Positions 22,288 to 32,681 of a DNA stretch of 64,000 nucleotides are shown here, one piece after another. Where the stretch lies: contig JBFWUN010000001.1 in assembly GCA_050247235.1 (NCBI GenBank), forward strand, positions 103,630-167,629, read 5' to 3'. How positions within the stretch are numbered: the stretch's first letter is position 1; each line of letters begins with the position of its first letter. This DNA is from Gammaproteobacteria bacterium. Lineage in GTDB: Bacteria; Pseudomonadota; Gammaproteobacteria; Ga0077536. The position numbers and the translations under genes are program-made. Under the pieces are notes generated by a model. The model searched no databases. It saw only the letters and a list, made by a program, of their open reading frames with translations, and was not told where the DNA came from.

Positions 22288-23733
22288 ATGACCGACACCG
22301 CTCTCGCGACCGTCACGACCCACCTGCTCGAACCATCGGGGCTCGACGTGCGCGCGCTCGAACGCGTGCTCGGCGCGCTCAACCGCGGCCGGGTCGATCT
22401 CGCCGATCTCTACTTCGAGTACACGCGAGGAGAATCCTGGAGTCTCGAGGATGGCCTCGTGAAGGACGGCTCGCATGCGCTCGAACAGGGTGTCGGGGTG
22501 CGTGCGGTGGCCGGCGAGCAGACCGGGTTCGCGTACTCGGATGACCTTAGCCTCACTGCGCTGCTGGAAGCCGCCGAGACCGCGCGCGCGATCTCGCGTC
22601 ACGGCGGCCCGCGGGACATCCGCATCGCGTCATCGGCACCGGTGCCGTTGCGCTACCCGGACGCGGACCCCATCGCGAGCCTGCCCGCGGATGCCAAGAT
22701 CCGGCTGCTGCGCGCGCTCGACGCGCGGGTCCGCGCCGCCGATCCGCGCGTCAGGCAGGTGATGGCCAGCCTGGTCGGCCGCTACACGCACGTGCTGGTG
22801 GCCGCCACCGACGGCACGCTCGCGGCCGATATCCGCCCGCTGGTGCGACTGAACGTCACGGTGATCGTGGAACACCACGGCCGCCGCGAGACGGCGAGCC
22901 ACGGCGGCGGCGCGCGCGCGGGCTACGACCACTTCCTCGACGCGGGGCGCGCCGAGGCAATTGCCGACGAAGCACTGCGCCAGGCGCTGGTGAGCCTCGA
23001 GGCGCGCCCGGCACCGGCCGGCGAGATGACGGTGGTGCTCGGGCCCGGCTGGCCGGGGATCCTGCTGCACGAGGCAATCGGTCACGGCCTCGAGGGTGAC
23101 TTCAACCGCAAGGGCACGTCGGCGTTCTCCGGGCGCCTCGGCCAGCGGGTCGCGGCGCCCGGCTGCACCGTGGTGGATGACGCGACGCCGGCGGGCCGAC
23201 GCGGTTCGCTCGCCATCGACGACGAGGGAACGCCCGGCCAGCACACGGTCCTGATCGAGGACGGCATCCTGCGCGGCTACCTGCAGGACAAGCAGAACGC
23301 GCGGCTGATGAACACCCTCTCAACGGGCAACGGTCGTCGCCAGTCCTACAGCCATCGCCCGATGCCGCGGATGACCAACACGTACATGCTGGCCGGCGAG
23401 CATGCACCCGAGGACATCCTCAAATCGGTGCCGCGCGGGCTCTACGCGGTGAATTTCGGCGGCGGTCAGGTCGACATCACGAACGGCAAGTTCGTGTTCA
23501 GCGCGAGCGAGGCCTACCTGATCGAGAACGGTCGCGTGACCGCGCCGGTCAAGGGCGCCACCCTGATCGGCAACGGGCCGGACGTGCTGACGAGGGTGTC
23601 GATGATCGGCCACGATCTCGCGCTCGACAACGGCGTCGGGACCTGCGGCAAGAACGGCCAGTCGGTGCCCGTGGGCGTGGGTCAGCCCACGTTGCGGATC
23701 GACGGCCTGACCGTCGGCGGCACACAGACCTGA
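22288..23733 (+). CDS. tldD: Metalloprotease TldD
   Basis: [40 protein letters not shown]. Confidence 0.95.
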   Translation: MTDTALATVTTHLLEPSGLDVRALERVLGALNRGRVDLADLYFEYTRGESWSLEDGLVKDGSHALEQGVGVRAVAGEQTGFAYSDDLSLTALLEAAETARAISRHGGPRDIRIASSAPVPLRYPDADPIASLPADAKIRLLRALDARVRAADPRVRQVMASLVGRYTHVLVAATDGTLAADIRPLVRLNVTVIVEHHGRRETASHGGGARAGYDHFLDAGRAEAIADEALRQALVSLEARPAPAGEMTVVLGPGWPGILLHEAIGHGLEGDFNRKGTSAFSGRLGQRVAAPGCTVVDDATPAGRRGSLAIDDEGTPGQHTVLIEDGILRGYLQDKQNARLMNTLSTGNGRRQSYSHRPMPRMTNTYMLAGEHAPEDILKSVPRGLYAVNFGGGQVDITNGKFVFSASEAYLIENGRVTAPVKGATLIGNGPDVLTRVSMIGHDLALDNGVGTCGKNGQSVPVGVGQPTLRIDGLTVGGTQT

Positions 23734-23751
23734 ACACGCGTGTCCAGCGCA

Positions 23752-23982
23752 GGATCGCGCGCCTGGATTGCCGGGCGCAAGTCCGCGCGGCTCGAAGCTG
23801 ACGAGGCTGGGCTCGGGTAGCGGTTGTCCCTGCGGCGACCGTGCGCGCACAGGACGTGCGCGCTCGAGCGATACAGGGAAGTACTCGAGCGAGTCGCCGC
23901 AGGGACAACCGCTACCCGCGCCCGGGGACGGCACTCAGCCGATAACTGAATCTTCGCGCCCGGCAATTCAGGCGCGCGATCC
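23752..23982. repeat. Nested palindromic intergenic element (REP/MITE-like), copy 1
   Basis: 27-bp outer inverted repeat (23752-23778 / 23956-23982, 1 mismatch) enclosing a perfect 26-bp inverted repeat (23814-23839 / 23893-23918); lies between convergent tldD and glcD. Confidence 0.85.
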
Positions 23983-23984
23983 CG

Positions 23985-25430
23985 TCAGAACCGTTCGAGC
24001 TCCGGATGCGGCAGCTGTCCGCGATGTACGCGCATCGCGCCGAACTCCGCACAGCGGTGCAACGTGGGGACCGCGCGCCCGGGATTGAGCAGGCCCGCGG
24101 GGTCGAAGGCGGCTTTGAGCCGGTGGAACTGCGCGAGCTCAGCGGCGCCGAACTGTACACACATCTGGTTCAGTTTTTCGACCCCGACGCCATGCTCGCC
24201 GGTGACAGTGCCACCGACTGCGATGCAGAACTCCAGGATCTGCCCGCCGACGTCCTCCGCGAGCGCCAGCTGCGCGTCATCGTTCGCGTCGAACGCGATC
24301 AGCGGATGCAGGTTGCCATCCCCGGCGTGGAAGACATTCGCAATCGGCAACCCGCTCTCGGCCGAGAGATCCGCGATCCGGCGCAGTACCCGCGGCAGTT
24401 CCCTGCGCGGGATCGTACCGTCCATGCAGTAGTAGTCGGGCGCAATGCGTCCGATGGCGGGAAACGCCGCCTTGCGGCCTTGCCAGAAGCGCAGCCGTTC
24501 GGCTTCGTCGCGGGAGCAGCGGATCTCGCGGGCACCATCACGCCGGAGCAGCGCTTCCACGCGCGCGATGTCGGCGACGACTTCCGCCTCGGTGCCGTCC
24601 AGCTCACAGAGCAGGATCGCGGCGGCGTCGACCGGGTAGCCCGCGTGACAGTAATCCTCGGCGACGCGGATCGCGAGCGCGTCCATCATTTCGAGTCCGC
24701 CCGGAATGACGCCAGCCTCGATGATCCCGGCCACCGCGTGGCCGGCCGCCTCCACGTCGTCAAACGCGGCGAGCAGCACGCGCGCGACCGGCGGTCGCGG
24801 CAGCAGCTTGACGGTCACCTCCATGACCACTCCGAGCAGCCCCTCGGAGCCGTTCACCACGGCGAGCAGATCGAGCCCGGGCGCTTCCAGTGTGCGCCCG
24901 CCGAGTTCGAGCCAGGTGCCGTCGGCCAGGAACATCTTGACGCCGAGGACGTTATGCACCGTCAGCCCGTACTTCAGGCAGTGCACGCCACCCGAGTTCT
25001 CCGCGACGTTGCCGCCGATGGTGCACGCGATCTGCGAGGAAGGGTCCGGCGCGTAATACAGGCCATGGGGCGCCACCGCGTCCGAAATCGCGAGGTTGCG
25101 CACGCCCGGTTCGACCACGGCGACGCGGTTGTCGGGGTCGATCTCGAGAATGCGGTTGAACCGCGCGAGGCTCAGCGTGCAGCCCTCGGCGAGCGGCAGC
25201 GCGCCGCCCGAGAGCCCGGTACCCGCGCCCCGCGGCACCACCGGCACGCCGTGCTCGGCGCATACCGCGAGAATGCGCCGGACTTCCTCGCGGGTGCGCG
25301 GCAGACAGACGACGCGCGGCAGCTGCCGGTACGCTGACAGCCCGTCGCACTCGTAGGGACGCTTGGCCTCGTCCGCGATCAGCAGCGCGTCATCCGGCAG
25401 GAAGGCCGCGAGCGCCGCTTCGAACGTCAT
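23985..25430 (-). CDS. glcD: FAD-linked oxidase, glycolate oxidase subunit GlcD
   Basis: PRGAGTGLSGG, PDPSSQIACTIGGN, HAGDGNLHP, GEHGVG, LNPG. Confidence 0.88.
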   Translation of the reverse strand: MTFEAALAAFLPDDALLIADEAKRPYECDGLSAYRQLPRVVCLPRTREEVRRILAVCAEHGVPVVPRGAGTGLSGGALPLAEGCTLSLARFNRILEIDPDNRVAVVEPGVRNLAISDAVAPHGLYYAPDPSSQIACTIGGNVAENSGGVHCLKYGLTVHNVLGVKMFLADGTWLELGGRTLEAPGLDLLAVVNGSEGLLGVVMEVTVKLLPRPPVARVLLAAFDDVEAAGHAVAGIIEAGVIPGGLEMMDALAIRVAEDYCHAGYPVDAAAILLCELDGTEAEVVADIARVEALLRRDGAREIRCSRDEAERLRFWQGRKAAFPAIGRIAPDYYCMDGTIPRRELPRVLRRIADLSAESGLPIANVFHAGDGNLHPLIAFDANDDAQLALAEDVGGQILEFCIAVGGTVTGEHGVGVEKLNQMCVQFGAAELAQFHRLKAAFDPAGLLNPGRAVPTLHRCAEFGAMRVHRGQLPHPELERF

Positions 25431-25465
25431 CGCCGCGAGCGCCCGGGGTACGCCATCGGACGACC

Positions 25466-26695
25466 TTAGCCGGAGAACCGGTAATTGGACGGGATGACGA
25501 CCACGCCACCAGGGGTGACCGGGAACCGCTGGGCGTCGCGCTCGGGATCGATGCCGATTTTCTCGTTGGGCGGGATCTGCACGTTGCGGTCACAGATCGC
25601 ACGGCGCACCTGTGCGCCTTCACCGACGTTGACCCCCAGGAACAGGATGGAATCCTCGACCATCGCGGAGTCGTCGATGAACACCCGGTTGCCGAGTACG
25701 CTGCGGCTGACCCCCCCACCCGCGATCACGGTGCCGCCGGAGACGATCGAATTCACGCAGATGCCCTCGGTGCAGGAACGTCCCGGTACGGTACGGGCCG
25801 GCGGCCGCTGGTGCTGGTAGGTCCGGATGGGCCAGTCCGCCTGGTAGATATCGAGCGGCGGCTCGAGTTTCAGCAGGTCCATGTTCGCGTCGTAGTAGTC
25901 GTCCAGCGACTGCAGTGAACGCCAGTAGCGATCCTGGGACACGCGCCCGTACTCGCCGCCGAACTGGTAGCCGAAGATACGCGCGTTGCCCAGCAGGTGG
26001 CGCTGGATGAGTTCGATGATGTCGAGCCGGCGGGAGCCGTTGTCGTCCAGCCCGCCGAGGCACTCGATCAGCCGGTCCCGGCGGAACGCGTACACGCCCA
26101 TCGGTCCGTACACCTCGGGGCCATCGGGCAGCGGGCCGCGCGGCCCCAGCAGCGTGATTTCGCGCACTTCGCCGTCGGCCACCGGGAGCCAGGCCGGGAA
26201 CGGGCTGCCGAGCGCGGTCCTGGGGTCGATCGTCGCGATCGTGACGTCCGCCCCGCGCGCGCGGTGCGCGTCGAGCATCGCCGCGTAGTCCATGCGGTAG
26301 ATCTGCTCACCGGACACGATGAGGACCGTGTCCTCCTCCGCCCCGTCCAGCAGGTAGAGGCTCTTGTAGAGCGCATCCGCCTGCCCGCTGTAGATGGACA
26401 GTTCCTCGGTGATGGGCGGCGACACTGCGTTGACGAATTCGCCAAGGTCGGTATTGAAAATCGACCAGCCATCCCGCAGATGGTTCTGCAGCGACAGTGA
26501 GTTGAACTGCGTGAACACGTAGATGCGCCGCAGACCGGAGTGCATGCAGTTCGTCAGCGCGAAATCGATCACCCGGTAGTTGCCCGCATACGGCAGCGCC
26601 GCCATCGTGCGACGGGCGGTCAGCGGCATCAGCGTCCGGCCATCGCCGATGGCGAGGACGAACACGACGGTATTGGGTGATTTCGGGGTGTGCAT
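25466..26695 (-). CDS. GlgC-family (ADP-glucose pyrophosphorylase-like) protein with degenerate active site
   Basis: YRVIDFALTNCMHSG, IYRMDY, YYDANMDLL, WPIRT, C-terminal beta-helix; catalytic motifs altered (see findings). Confidence 0.85.
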   Translation of the reverse strand: MHTPKSPNTVVFVLAIGDGRTLMPLTARRTMAALPYAGNYRVIDFALTNCMHSGLRRIYVFTQFNSLSLQNHLRDGWSIFNTDLGEFVNAVSPPITEELSIYSGQADALYKSLYLLDGAEEDTVLIVSGEQIYRMDYAAMLDAHRARGADVTIATIDPRTALGSPFPAWLPVADGEVREITLLGPRGPLPDGPEVYGPMGVYAFRRDRLIECLGGLDDNGSRRLDIIELIQRHLLGNARIFGYQFGGEYGRVSQDRYWRSLQSLDDYYDANMDLLKLEPPLDIYQADWPIRTYQHQRPPARTVPGRSCTEGICVNSIVSGGTVIAGGGVSRSVLGNRVFIDDSAMVEDSILFLGVNVGEGAQVRRAICDRNVQIPPNEKIGIDPERDAQRFPVTPGGVVVIPSNYRFSG

Positions 26696-26711
26696 GGCGT
26701 CGGGGTCGCGC

Positions 26712-26717
26712 ATTATA
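26712..26717 (-). promoter_or_regulatory. Candidate sigma-70 -10 box for the glgC-like gene
   Basis: TATAAT on the minus strand ~17 nt upstream of the ATG, in a GC-rich background. Confidence 0.45.
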
Positions 26718-26875
26718 CGCGGCGGGCGTGGCGGGTGAAGCCGGGGCCCGGGGTCGGCGCGGCCGGGGATCATGCGGCGCGGCGCACCGATGATGCGCGG
26801 TAGTCGCTTTAGAATTAATTAGTTATCTTTGCCGCAGCGGCCCACCGGCGCGCGCTCCAGCAGGTTGCCCACCCG

Positions 26876-28402
26876 ATGTCCGAAGAAATCCTCGTCAATG
26901 TGACCCCCCAGGAGACGCGCGTCGCGTTCGTGGAGAACGGCGTTCTGCAGGAGGTCCTCATCGAGCGGACACGCCGGCGCGGCTTCGTCGGCAACATCTA
27001 CCTCGGGCGCGTGAACCGCGTGCTGCCGGGCATGAGTGCCGCGTTCGTCGACATCGGGCTGGCGCGCGCCGCGTTCCTGCACGTGTCGGACATCGTGACC
27101 GCCGCGCAGCGCAAACAGGCCACGGGGCACGACGTGCCGATCGAGCAGGCGGTGCACGAGGGCCAGCTGCTGCTGGTACAGGTGGCAAAGGAGCCGCTCG
27201 GCACCAAGGGGGCCAGGCTCACCACCTACCTCAGCATTCCGTCCCGCTACCTCGTGTTCATGCCCGACACCAACTCGCTCGGCATCTCGCAGCGCATCGA
27301 ACAAGAGGACGAACGGCGGCGCCTGCGTGACATCATGCTCGCGCTCGAGCCGAAGCTTAAACCGCTCAGTATGCCGCTCGACGAGACGGTCGCGCCCGAG
27401 CCGGCCGAACGCGGGGTGAGCGCGGGCGGCTTTATCGTCCGCACCGCCGCAGAGGGCGCGAACGCCGACGAACTGGGCGCCGACATGCAGTTCCTGCGCC
27501 GGCTGTGGGCGTCGATCCAGGAGCGCGCACAGACGACCGCCCGGCCGGGCACCGTGGTCTACGAGGACCTGCCGCTGGTGCTGCGCGTGATGCGCGATCT
27601 GTCGGTAAGCCGCGCGGAGAAGATCCGCATCGATTCACGCGAGACCTTTGTGAAGGTGCGCGGCTTCGCCGGGGAATTCACCCCGGAACTGGCCGCGCGC
27701 CTCGAACACTACCCGGGCGAGCGGCCGATTCTCGACCTCTATTCCACCGAGGACGAAATCCAGCGCGCCTTGCAACGCAAGGTCGAACTGAAATCGGGTG
27801 GCCACCTGGTGATCGACCAGACGGAGGCGATGACGACGATCGACGTGAACACGGGCGGGTTCGTCGGCCACCGCAACCTGGAGGAGACCATCTTCAAGAC
27901 CAACCTGGAGGCCGCGCAGGCGATTGCGCGTCAGCTCAGGTTAAGGAACCTCGGTGGCATCATCATCGTCGACTTCATCGACATGCTCGAGGACGACCAC
28001 CGCCGCCAGGTGCTCAGGGCGCTGGAGAAGAGCCTCGAACGCGACCACTCCAAGATCACGATCAGCGATGTCACGTCCCTCGGTCTCGTCCAGATCACCC
28101 GCAAGCGCACGCGCGAGAGCCTGGAGCACGTCCTGTGCGAAACCTGCCCGACGTGTGCAGGTCGGGGCTCGATCAAGTCCGCGGAGACGGTCTGCTACGA
28201 GATCTTCCGCGAGATCCTCCGCGAACAGCGCCAGTTCGACGCCCAGAAGCTGCTGGTGGTCGCCGCACAGAACGTGGTCGACCTGCTGCTCGACGAGGAA
28301 TCGACCAGCGTCGCCGAGCTCGAGGAATTCATCGGCATTCCGATTCGCTTTCAGGTCGAGACGACCTACACGCAGGAACAGTACGACGTGGTGCTGCTGT
28401 AG
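26876..28402 (+). CDS. rng: Ribonuclease G
   Basis: MSEEILVNVTPQETRVA, GNIYLG, AAFVDIG, TTIDVNTG, LRNLGGIIIVDFIDM. Confidence 0.96.
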   Translation: MSEEILVNVTPQETRVAFVENGVLQEVLIERTRRRGFVGNIYLGRVNRVLPGMSAAFVDIGLARAAFLHVSDIVTAAQRKQATGHDVPIEQAVHEGQLLLVQVAKEPLGTKGARLTTYLSIPSRYLVFMPDTNSLGISQRIEQEDERRRLRDIMLALEPKLKPLSMPLDETVAPEPAERGVSAGGFIVRTAAEGANADELGADMQFLRRLWASIQERAQTTARPGTVVYEDLPLVLRVMRDLSVSRAEKIRIDSRETFVKVRGFAGEFTPELAARLEHYPGERPILDLYSTEDEIQRALQRKVELKSGGHLVIDQTEAMTTIDVNTGGFVGHRNLEETIFKTNLEAAQAIARQLRLRNLGGIIIVDFIDMLEDDHRRQVLRALEKSLERDHSKITISDVTSLGLVQITRKRTRESLEHVLCETCPTCAGRGSIKSAETVCYEIFREILREQRQFDAQKLLVVAAQNVVDLLLDEESTSVAELEEFIGIPIRFQVETTYTQEQYDVVLL

Positions 28403-28414
28403 CGCCCGAACTCC

Positions 28415-31400
28415 ATGATCGCCGCCTCGTCACGCTGGTTGCGCCTCGCCTGGTATGCAACCGCCCTCGTCATCGTGCTGGCCGCCGTGGCCGTGACCGC
28501 GCTGCGCGTCGCGTTGCCGCGCGTGGAATCGCTGCGCCCGGCGGTCGCGCGCTGGATTGGCGAGCGCATCGGCGCCGATGTCTCGATCGGACGTCTCGAA
28601 GCGGGCTGGCACCGCGGCGCCCCGGTGCTCGTCGCGCACGATCTCCGCGTGCGCGCGGCGGCGGAAGACGTGCTGGCATTCGCACGTGCGGATGCCGGGA
28701 TGGACGCCTGGCACAGCGTGCGGGACGGCGCGCTGCGGCTCGGTCACCTCACCTTGCGGGGACTCGCGCTGCACGCCGAGCGGCGCGCGGACGGCACGTT
28801 CGCAGTGGCCGGCCTGCCTGCCGAGGACACCCGTTTCATGCAGTGGCTGCTGGCGCAGCCGGACGTGCAGGTCGCCGACGCGATAGTGACGGTGCGTGAC
28901 GCCCGTGCGCGTTTCGCGCCGGTGACGTTGCGCGGGGTTCACCTCGCGCTGAGCGCATCCGCGGGCGCGAGCGTGATCGAAGGCGGCGCGAAGCATGTCG
29001 ACGCGGTGGACGGTGCGCTCGAGTTCCGCGTGCAGCTGCCCAGGCGTGCGGCGGGGGACCCTGTGCGCGGGTGGCTGCGCGGGCAGGCGCTCGACATCAC
29101 CGCGCTGTTCGCGCGGGCCGGTCTCGCCCCGGGCGCCGTCGTTGCCGTGCGCGGCGACGTCGCGGTGCACGCGGTCCAGACGCCCGACACCCACCTGCGT
29201 CTGGGATTCGAACTCGCGCACGTCGCAACCGGTGACGGCACGCGGGCGCCGCTCGGTCTGCGGGGTGCGGTCGTCGGCACCGACAGCGGGTTCGACGTGC
29301 AGGTCACCCGGTTCGGAGTCGCACCGGATGCCTGGCGCGAAGTGGACTGGCGGGGCCGCTTCACGACCGGCGCGGCGCCGCGCCTGGTCGCAAGCGCGGA
29401 CGAGGTGCCGCTCGACCTGCTGCCGCTGCTGCACCCGTGGCTGCCCGAGGTGTTGTCACGCCGGCGCGTGCCCCACGCTGCGCGCGGGGTCCTGCGCGAT
29501 CTCAGGGTCGGCTGGGCGCGACGTCCGGACACCTCACCCGGGTTCTACGTGCGCGGCGCGGCCGAGGACCTGGGGTGGGACGGTGCGGCCGACGCGCCAG
29601 GTCTCGATCGGATCCGCGGAACGTTCGTCGCCAACGGCGCGGCGGTGGTGCTTGCACTGTCCGACGGCGCGCTCGCGTACGCGGACCCCGCCCGCGTCCG
29701 TGCGCCGCTCAACCTGGAGATGCTCGCCGGGCGGCTGCACTGGCAGCGGCTCGCGCATGACGACCTGCGCCTCGCACTGAACGGACGCGCCGAAGCGAAC
29801 GGGATACCCGTGCACGTACGGGGCGCGATCACCCGCACACCGGGCGGTGATGTCGCGGACCTGGACGTCGCGCTCGGCACCGGCGATGTCGCGCAGGTCG
29901 CCACCTTGCTGCCGCGCCACGTGATGACCGAGCGCGGCGAGGCATGGCTCGATGGCGCGTTCCGGCGGGGGATCTTCCGCGGGGGTCGCGCCCTGCTGCG
30001 CGGTCCGCTGACGGCGTTTCCGTTCGATCACGACGAAGGCACGTTCGCCGCGACCTTGGCGGTGGACGATGCGGAGTTCCGCTACTCGGCGCGCTGGCCG
30101 GCGGCGCAGCGCGTCTCGGGCCAGGTATGGTTTGCCGGACGGCGGCTGCACGGCATCCTGACCCGGGCCACGTTCGCCGACTCGCCGCTCATCGGCGCAC
30201 GCTTCGAAATTGCCGACTACCTCGTGCCGACGCGCCTGCTGACGGTCGACGGCAGCATCGATGCCACGCTTGCAGACATCCGCGCGACCCTCCGCGACAG
30301 CCCGCTCGCGAAATGGACGAGCGGGGAACTTGCGGACGTCACATTGAGCGGTCGCACGCGCCTGTCGCTGTCGCTCGGGCTCGGCCTGCGGACCGATGGC
30401 GAACGGCGGATCGGTGGGGCGTTCGAGTTCGACGGCAACACGCTCGCCTCCGCGCGCCACCGCGTGCATCTCGAGGACCTGCGCGGCGCGGTGGCGTTCA
30501 CGCGCGAGGACTGGACCGCGGAGGACCTGACCGCGCGGCTCGGCGGCCAGCGTGTCACCCTGGACGCGCACGGCGGTCTCGGGGCGCGACGTTACGACAA
30601 CGAGTTCCACCTGGCCGGCGACGCGACCGCCGCGCAGGTGCTTGAACACCTCCAGCATCGCGTGCCCGCGCTGCATGCATGGCTGGCAGCCAATGACCGG
30701 CTGTCGGCGGTGGTCGGTGAGCTGGCGTGGCGCGCCGACGTGATCGCCCCGCACCCGGCGCCGGGAGAGCCCGCGGAAGCGCCGCGGCTGGTGCTCGAAT
30801 CGAACCTGGAAGGACTGGGCGTGGGGCTGCCATGGCCGTTCGGCAAAGTCGCGCTGGAACGCCGGCCGCTGCGTATCGAGACGACGCTCGCAGCCGAGGC
30901 GGCCGGCACGGTGCAGGTACGGGTGGGTGACGACGTCCGCATCGCGTTCCGTCGCCGCGCCAGCGACGGCGATCGGCCGCGGCTGGAGCGGCTGGACCTG
31001 GCCTTCGGTGCCGGGGTGGAACCGACGCTCGCGCAGGATGGCATCCACGTGCACGGGGTGCTGCGGACTCTTCCGCTCGGGGACTGGGCGGAGCTGACGA
31101 AGGGTGCCGGACTTGGCCGGAGCCCGCTGCCGATCTCCTTCGACGTCCGCGTGGAGAGCCTGCGCACGCTCGGCCAGGAGTTCGAGAACGTGCAGCTCCG
31201 CGGCGCGCGCGGGGCCGTGGCCTGGCAGGTAGCGCTGGAAAGCGAGCGTGCCGCGGGCACGATCACCGTGCCATCGGATCTGGCCCAGGTACCGCTGACC
31301 CTCGATCTCGATCGCCTGTGGCTGCGCGCTGTCGCGAGCGACAACACCAAGCGCCCGCTCGATCCGCGCGCGCTGCCGAACCTCGTGCTCGCCTGTGCAT

Positions 31401-32185
31401 CGTTCCGCTACGAAGCGGTCGACCTGGGGCAGGCGTCACTCGCGACCGCGCGTACCGAGGACGGGCTGCAACTGCAGTCGCTGGTGTTCCACAGTCCTGC
31501 CTTCCAGGTGCGGGCCGATGGTCACTGGCGCCTGCGCGACGGCGCGCATGCGTCGCAGTTCAGCATCGAACTCGACGGCGAGAAACTCGGGGACATCCTG
31601 CAGACGTTCGGGTACGACGCACAGGCGATCGCGGGCGGACGCACGCAGCTCGACATCGAAGCTTCGTGGCCGGGGACACCCGGCGAGTTCACGCTCGACC
31701 GGCTCGACGGCAGCATCGGCATGCATGTCCGGAAGGGACGCTTCCTCGCCATCGAACCCGGTGGCGGGCGGCTGTTCGGCCTGCTCAGCCTGCAGACCCT
31801 GCCGCGCAGGCTGTCGTTCGATTTCGAGGATCTGTTCCAGAAAGGCTACGCGTTCGATCGGATCGAAGGCCGGTTCGAACTCGAGAACGGCAACGCCTAC
31901 ACGAACAGCCTGTACATGGAAGGCCCGTCGGCGCGGGTGGAGGTCACGGGACGGACCGGTCTCGCCACCCAGGATTACGACCAGCGCGCCACCGTCACGC
32001 CCGCGCTGTCGAAAAGCATTCCGCTCGCGAGCGCGCTGTTCGGTCCGGCCGGCATCGGTGTCGGGGCCGCCATCTACCTCGGACAGAAGTTCTTCAAGGA
32101 CATTCCCGAGCAGGTCGACCGGGTGCTGCGCAAGCAATACGCGATCACCGGCTCGTGGGCCGAGCCGAAAATCGAGAAACTCTGA
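28415..32185 (+). CDS. yhdP: YhdP/AsmA-like phospholipid transport bridge protein
   Basis: 1256 aa, N-terminal TM anchor, C-terminal GRLFGLLSLQTLPRRLSFDF.D.F..G..FD and Y.ITGSW.EP; follows rng. Confidence 0.9.
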   Translation: MIAASSRWLRLAWYATALVIVLAAVAVTALRVALPRVESLRPAVARWIGERIGADVSIGRLEAGWHRGAPVLVAHDLRVRAAAEDVLAFARADAGMDAWHSVRDGALRLGHLTLRGLALHAERRADGTFAVAGLPAEDTRFMQWLLAQPDVQVADAIVTVRDARARFAPVTLRGVHLALSASAGASVIEGGAKHVDAVDGALEFRVQLPRRAAGDPVRGWLRGQALDITALFARAGLAPGAVVAVRGDVAVHAVQTPDTHLRLGFELAHVATGDGTRAPLGLRGAVVGTDSGFDVQVTRFGVAPDAWREVDWRGRFTTGAAPRLVASADEVPLDLLPLLHPWLPEVLSRRRVPHAARGVLRDLRVGWARRPDTSPGFYVRGAAEDLGWDGAADAPGLDRIRGTFVANGAAVVLALSDGALAYADPARVRAPLNLEMLAGRLHWQRLAHDDLRLALNGRAEANGIPVHVRGAITRTPGGDVADLDVALGTGDVAQVATLLPRHVMTERGEAWLDGAFRRGIFRGGRALLRGPLTAFPFDHDEGTFAATLAVDDAEFRYSARWPAAQRVSGQVWFAGRRLHGILTRATFADSPLIGARFEIADYLVPTRLLTVDGSIDATLADIRATLRDSPLAKWTSGELADVTLSGRTRLSLSLGLGLRTDGERRIGGAFEFDGNTLASARHRVHLEDLRGAVAFTREDWTAEDLTARLGGQRVTLDAHGGLGARRYDNEFHLAGDATAAQVLEHLQHRVPALHAWLAANDRLSAVVGELAWRADVIAPHPAPGEPAEAPRLVLESNLEGLGVGLPWPFGKVALERRPLRIETTLAAEAAGTVQVRVGDDVRIAFRRRASDGDRPRLERLDLAFGAGVEPTLAQDGIHVHGVLRTLPLGDWAELTKGAGLGRSPLPISFDVRVESLRTLGQEFENVQLRGARGAVAWQVALESERAAGTITVPSDLAQVPLTLDLDRLWLRAVASDNTKRPLDPRALPNLVLACASFRYEAVDLGQASLATARTEDGLQLQSLVFHSPAFQVRADGHWRLRDGAHASQFSIELDGEKLGDILQTFGYDAQAIAGGRTQLDIEASWPGTPGEFTLDRLDGSIGMHVRKGRFLAIEPGGGRLFGLLSLQTLPRRLSFDFEDLFQKGYAFDRIEGRFELENGNAYTNSLYMEGPSARVEVTGRTGLATQDYDQRATVTPALSKSIPLASALFGPAGIGVGAAIYLGQKFFKDIPEQVDRVLRKQYAITGSWAEPKIEKL

Positions 32186-32216
32186 TCCCCGTCACCTGCA
32201 GACACCGAGTACCGCC

Positions 32217-32681
32217 ATGGACATGCACGAACTCTGGAAACCCAACACCGTCGTCGCCACCATCCTCGAACGCGACGGGCGCTTCCTGCTCGTGGAGGAA
32301 CTCGCCGACGGGCGCGCGGTGTACAACCAGCCCGCGGGCCACCTCGATCCGGGCGAAACCCTGCTCGATGCCGCGCGGCGCGAAACGCTGGAGGAGAGCG
32401 CCTGGCACATCGAACCCGAAGGTCTCGTCGGCATCTACCTGATCGCACCGCCGGGCGCGGGCCTCACGTACCTGCGCTTCTGCTTCCATGGCCGCCTGCT
32501 CGAACATGAACCTGCGCGGACACTCGACAAGGAGATCCTGCGCACGGTGTGGCTGACCCGCGACGAACTCGCCGCGCAGCCGGACAAGCATCGCAGCGTG
32601 CTCGTCCTGCGCTGTATCGACGACTACCTCGCGGGCCGGCGCTTTCCGCTGTCGCTGATCAATGACTGTCGCTTCAACTGA
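32217..32681 (+). CDS. nudJ: NUDIX hydrolase NudJ
   Basis: [18 protein letters not shown]...AARRETLEE; upstream of mnmA. Confidence 0.85.
   Translation: MDMHELWKPNTVVATILERDGRFLLVEELADGRAVYNQPAGHLDPGETLLDAARRETLEESAWHIEPEGLVGIYLIAPPGAGLTYLRFCFHGRLLEHEPARTLDKEILRTVWLTRDELAAQPDKHRSVLVLRCIDDYLAGRRFPLSLINDCRFN

Noticed and set aside
31395-32216. Long N-terminal extension on the NUDIX ORF
   Set aside because: Overlaps yhdP in another frame; a high-GC artefact
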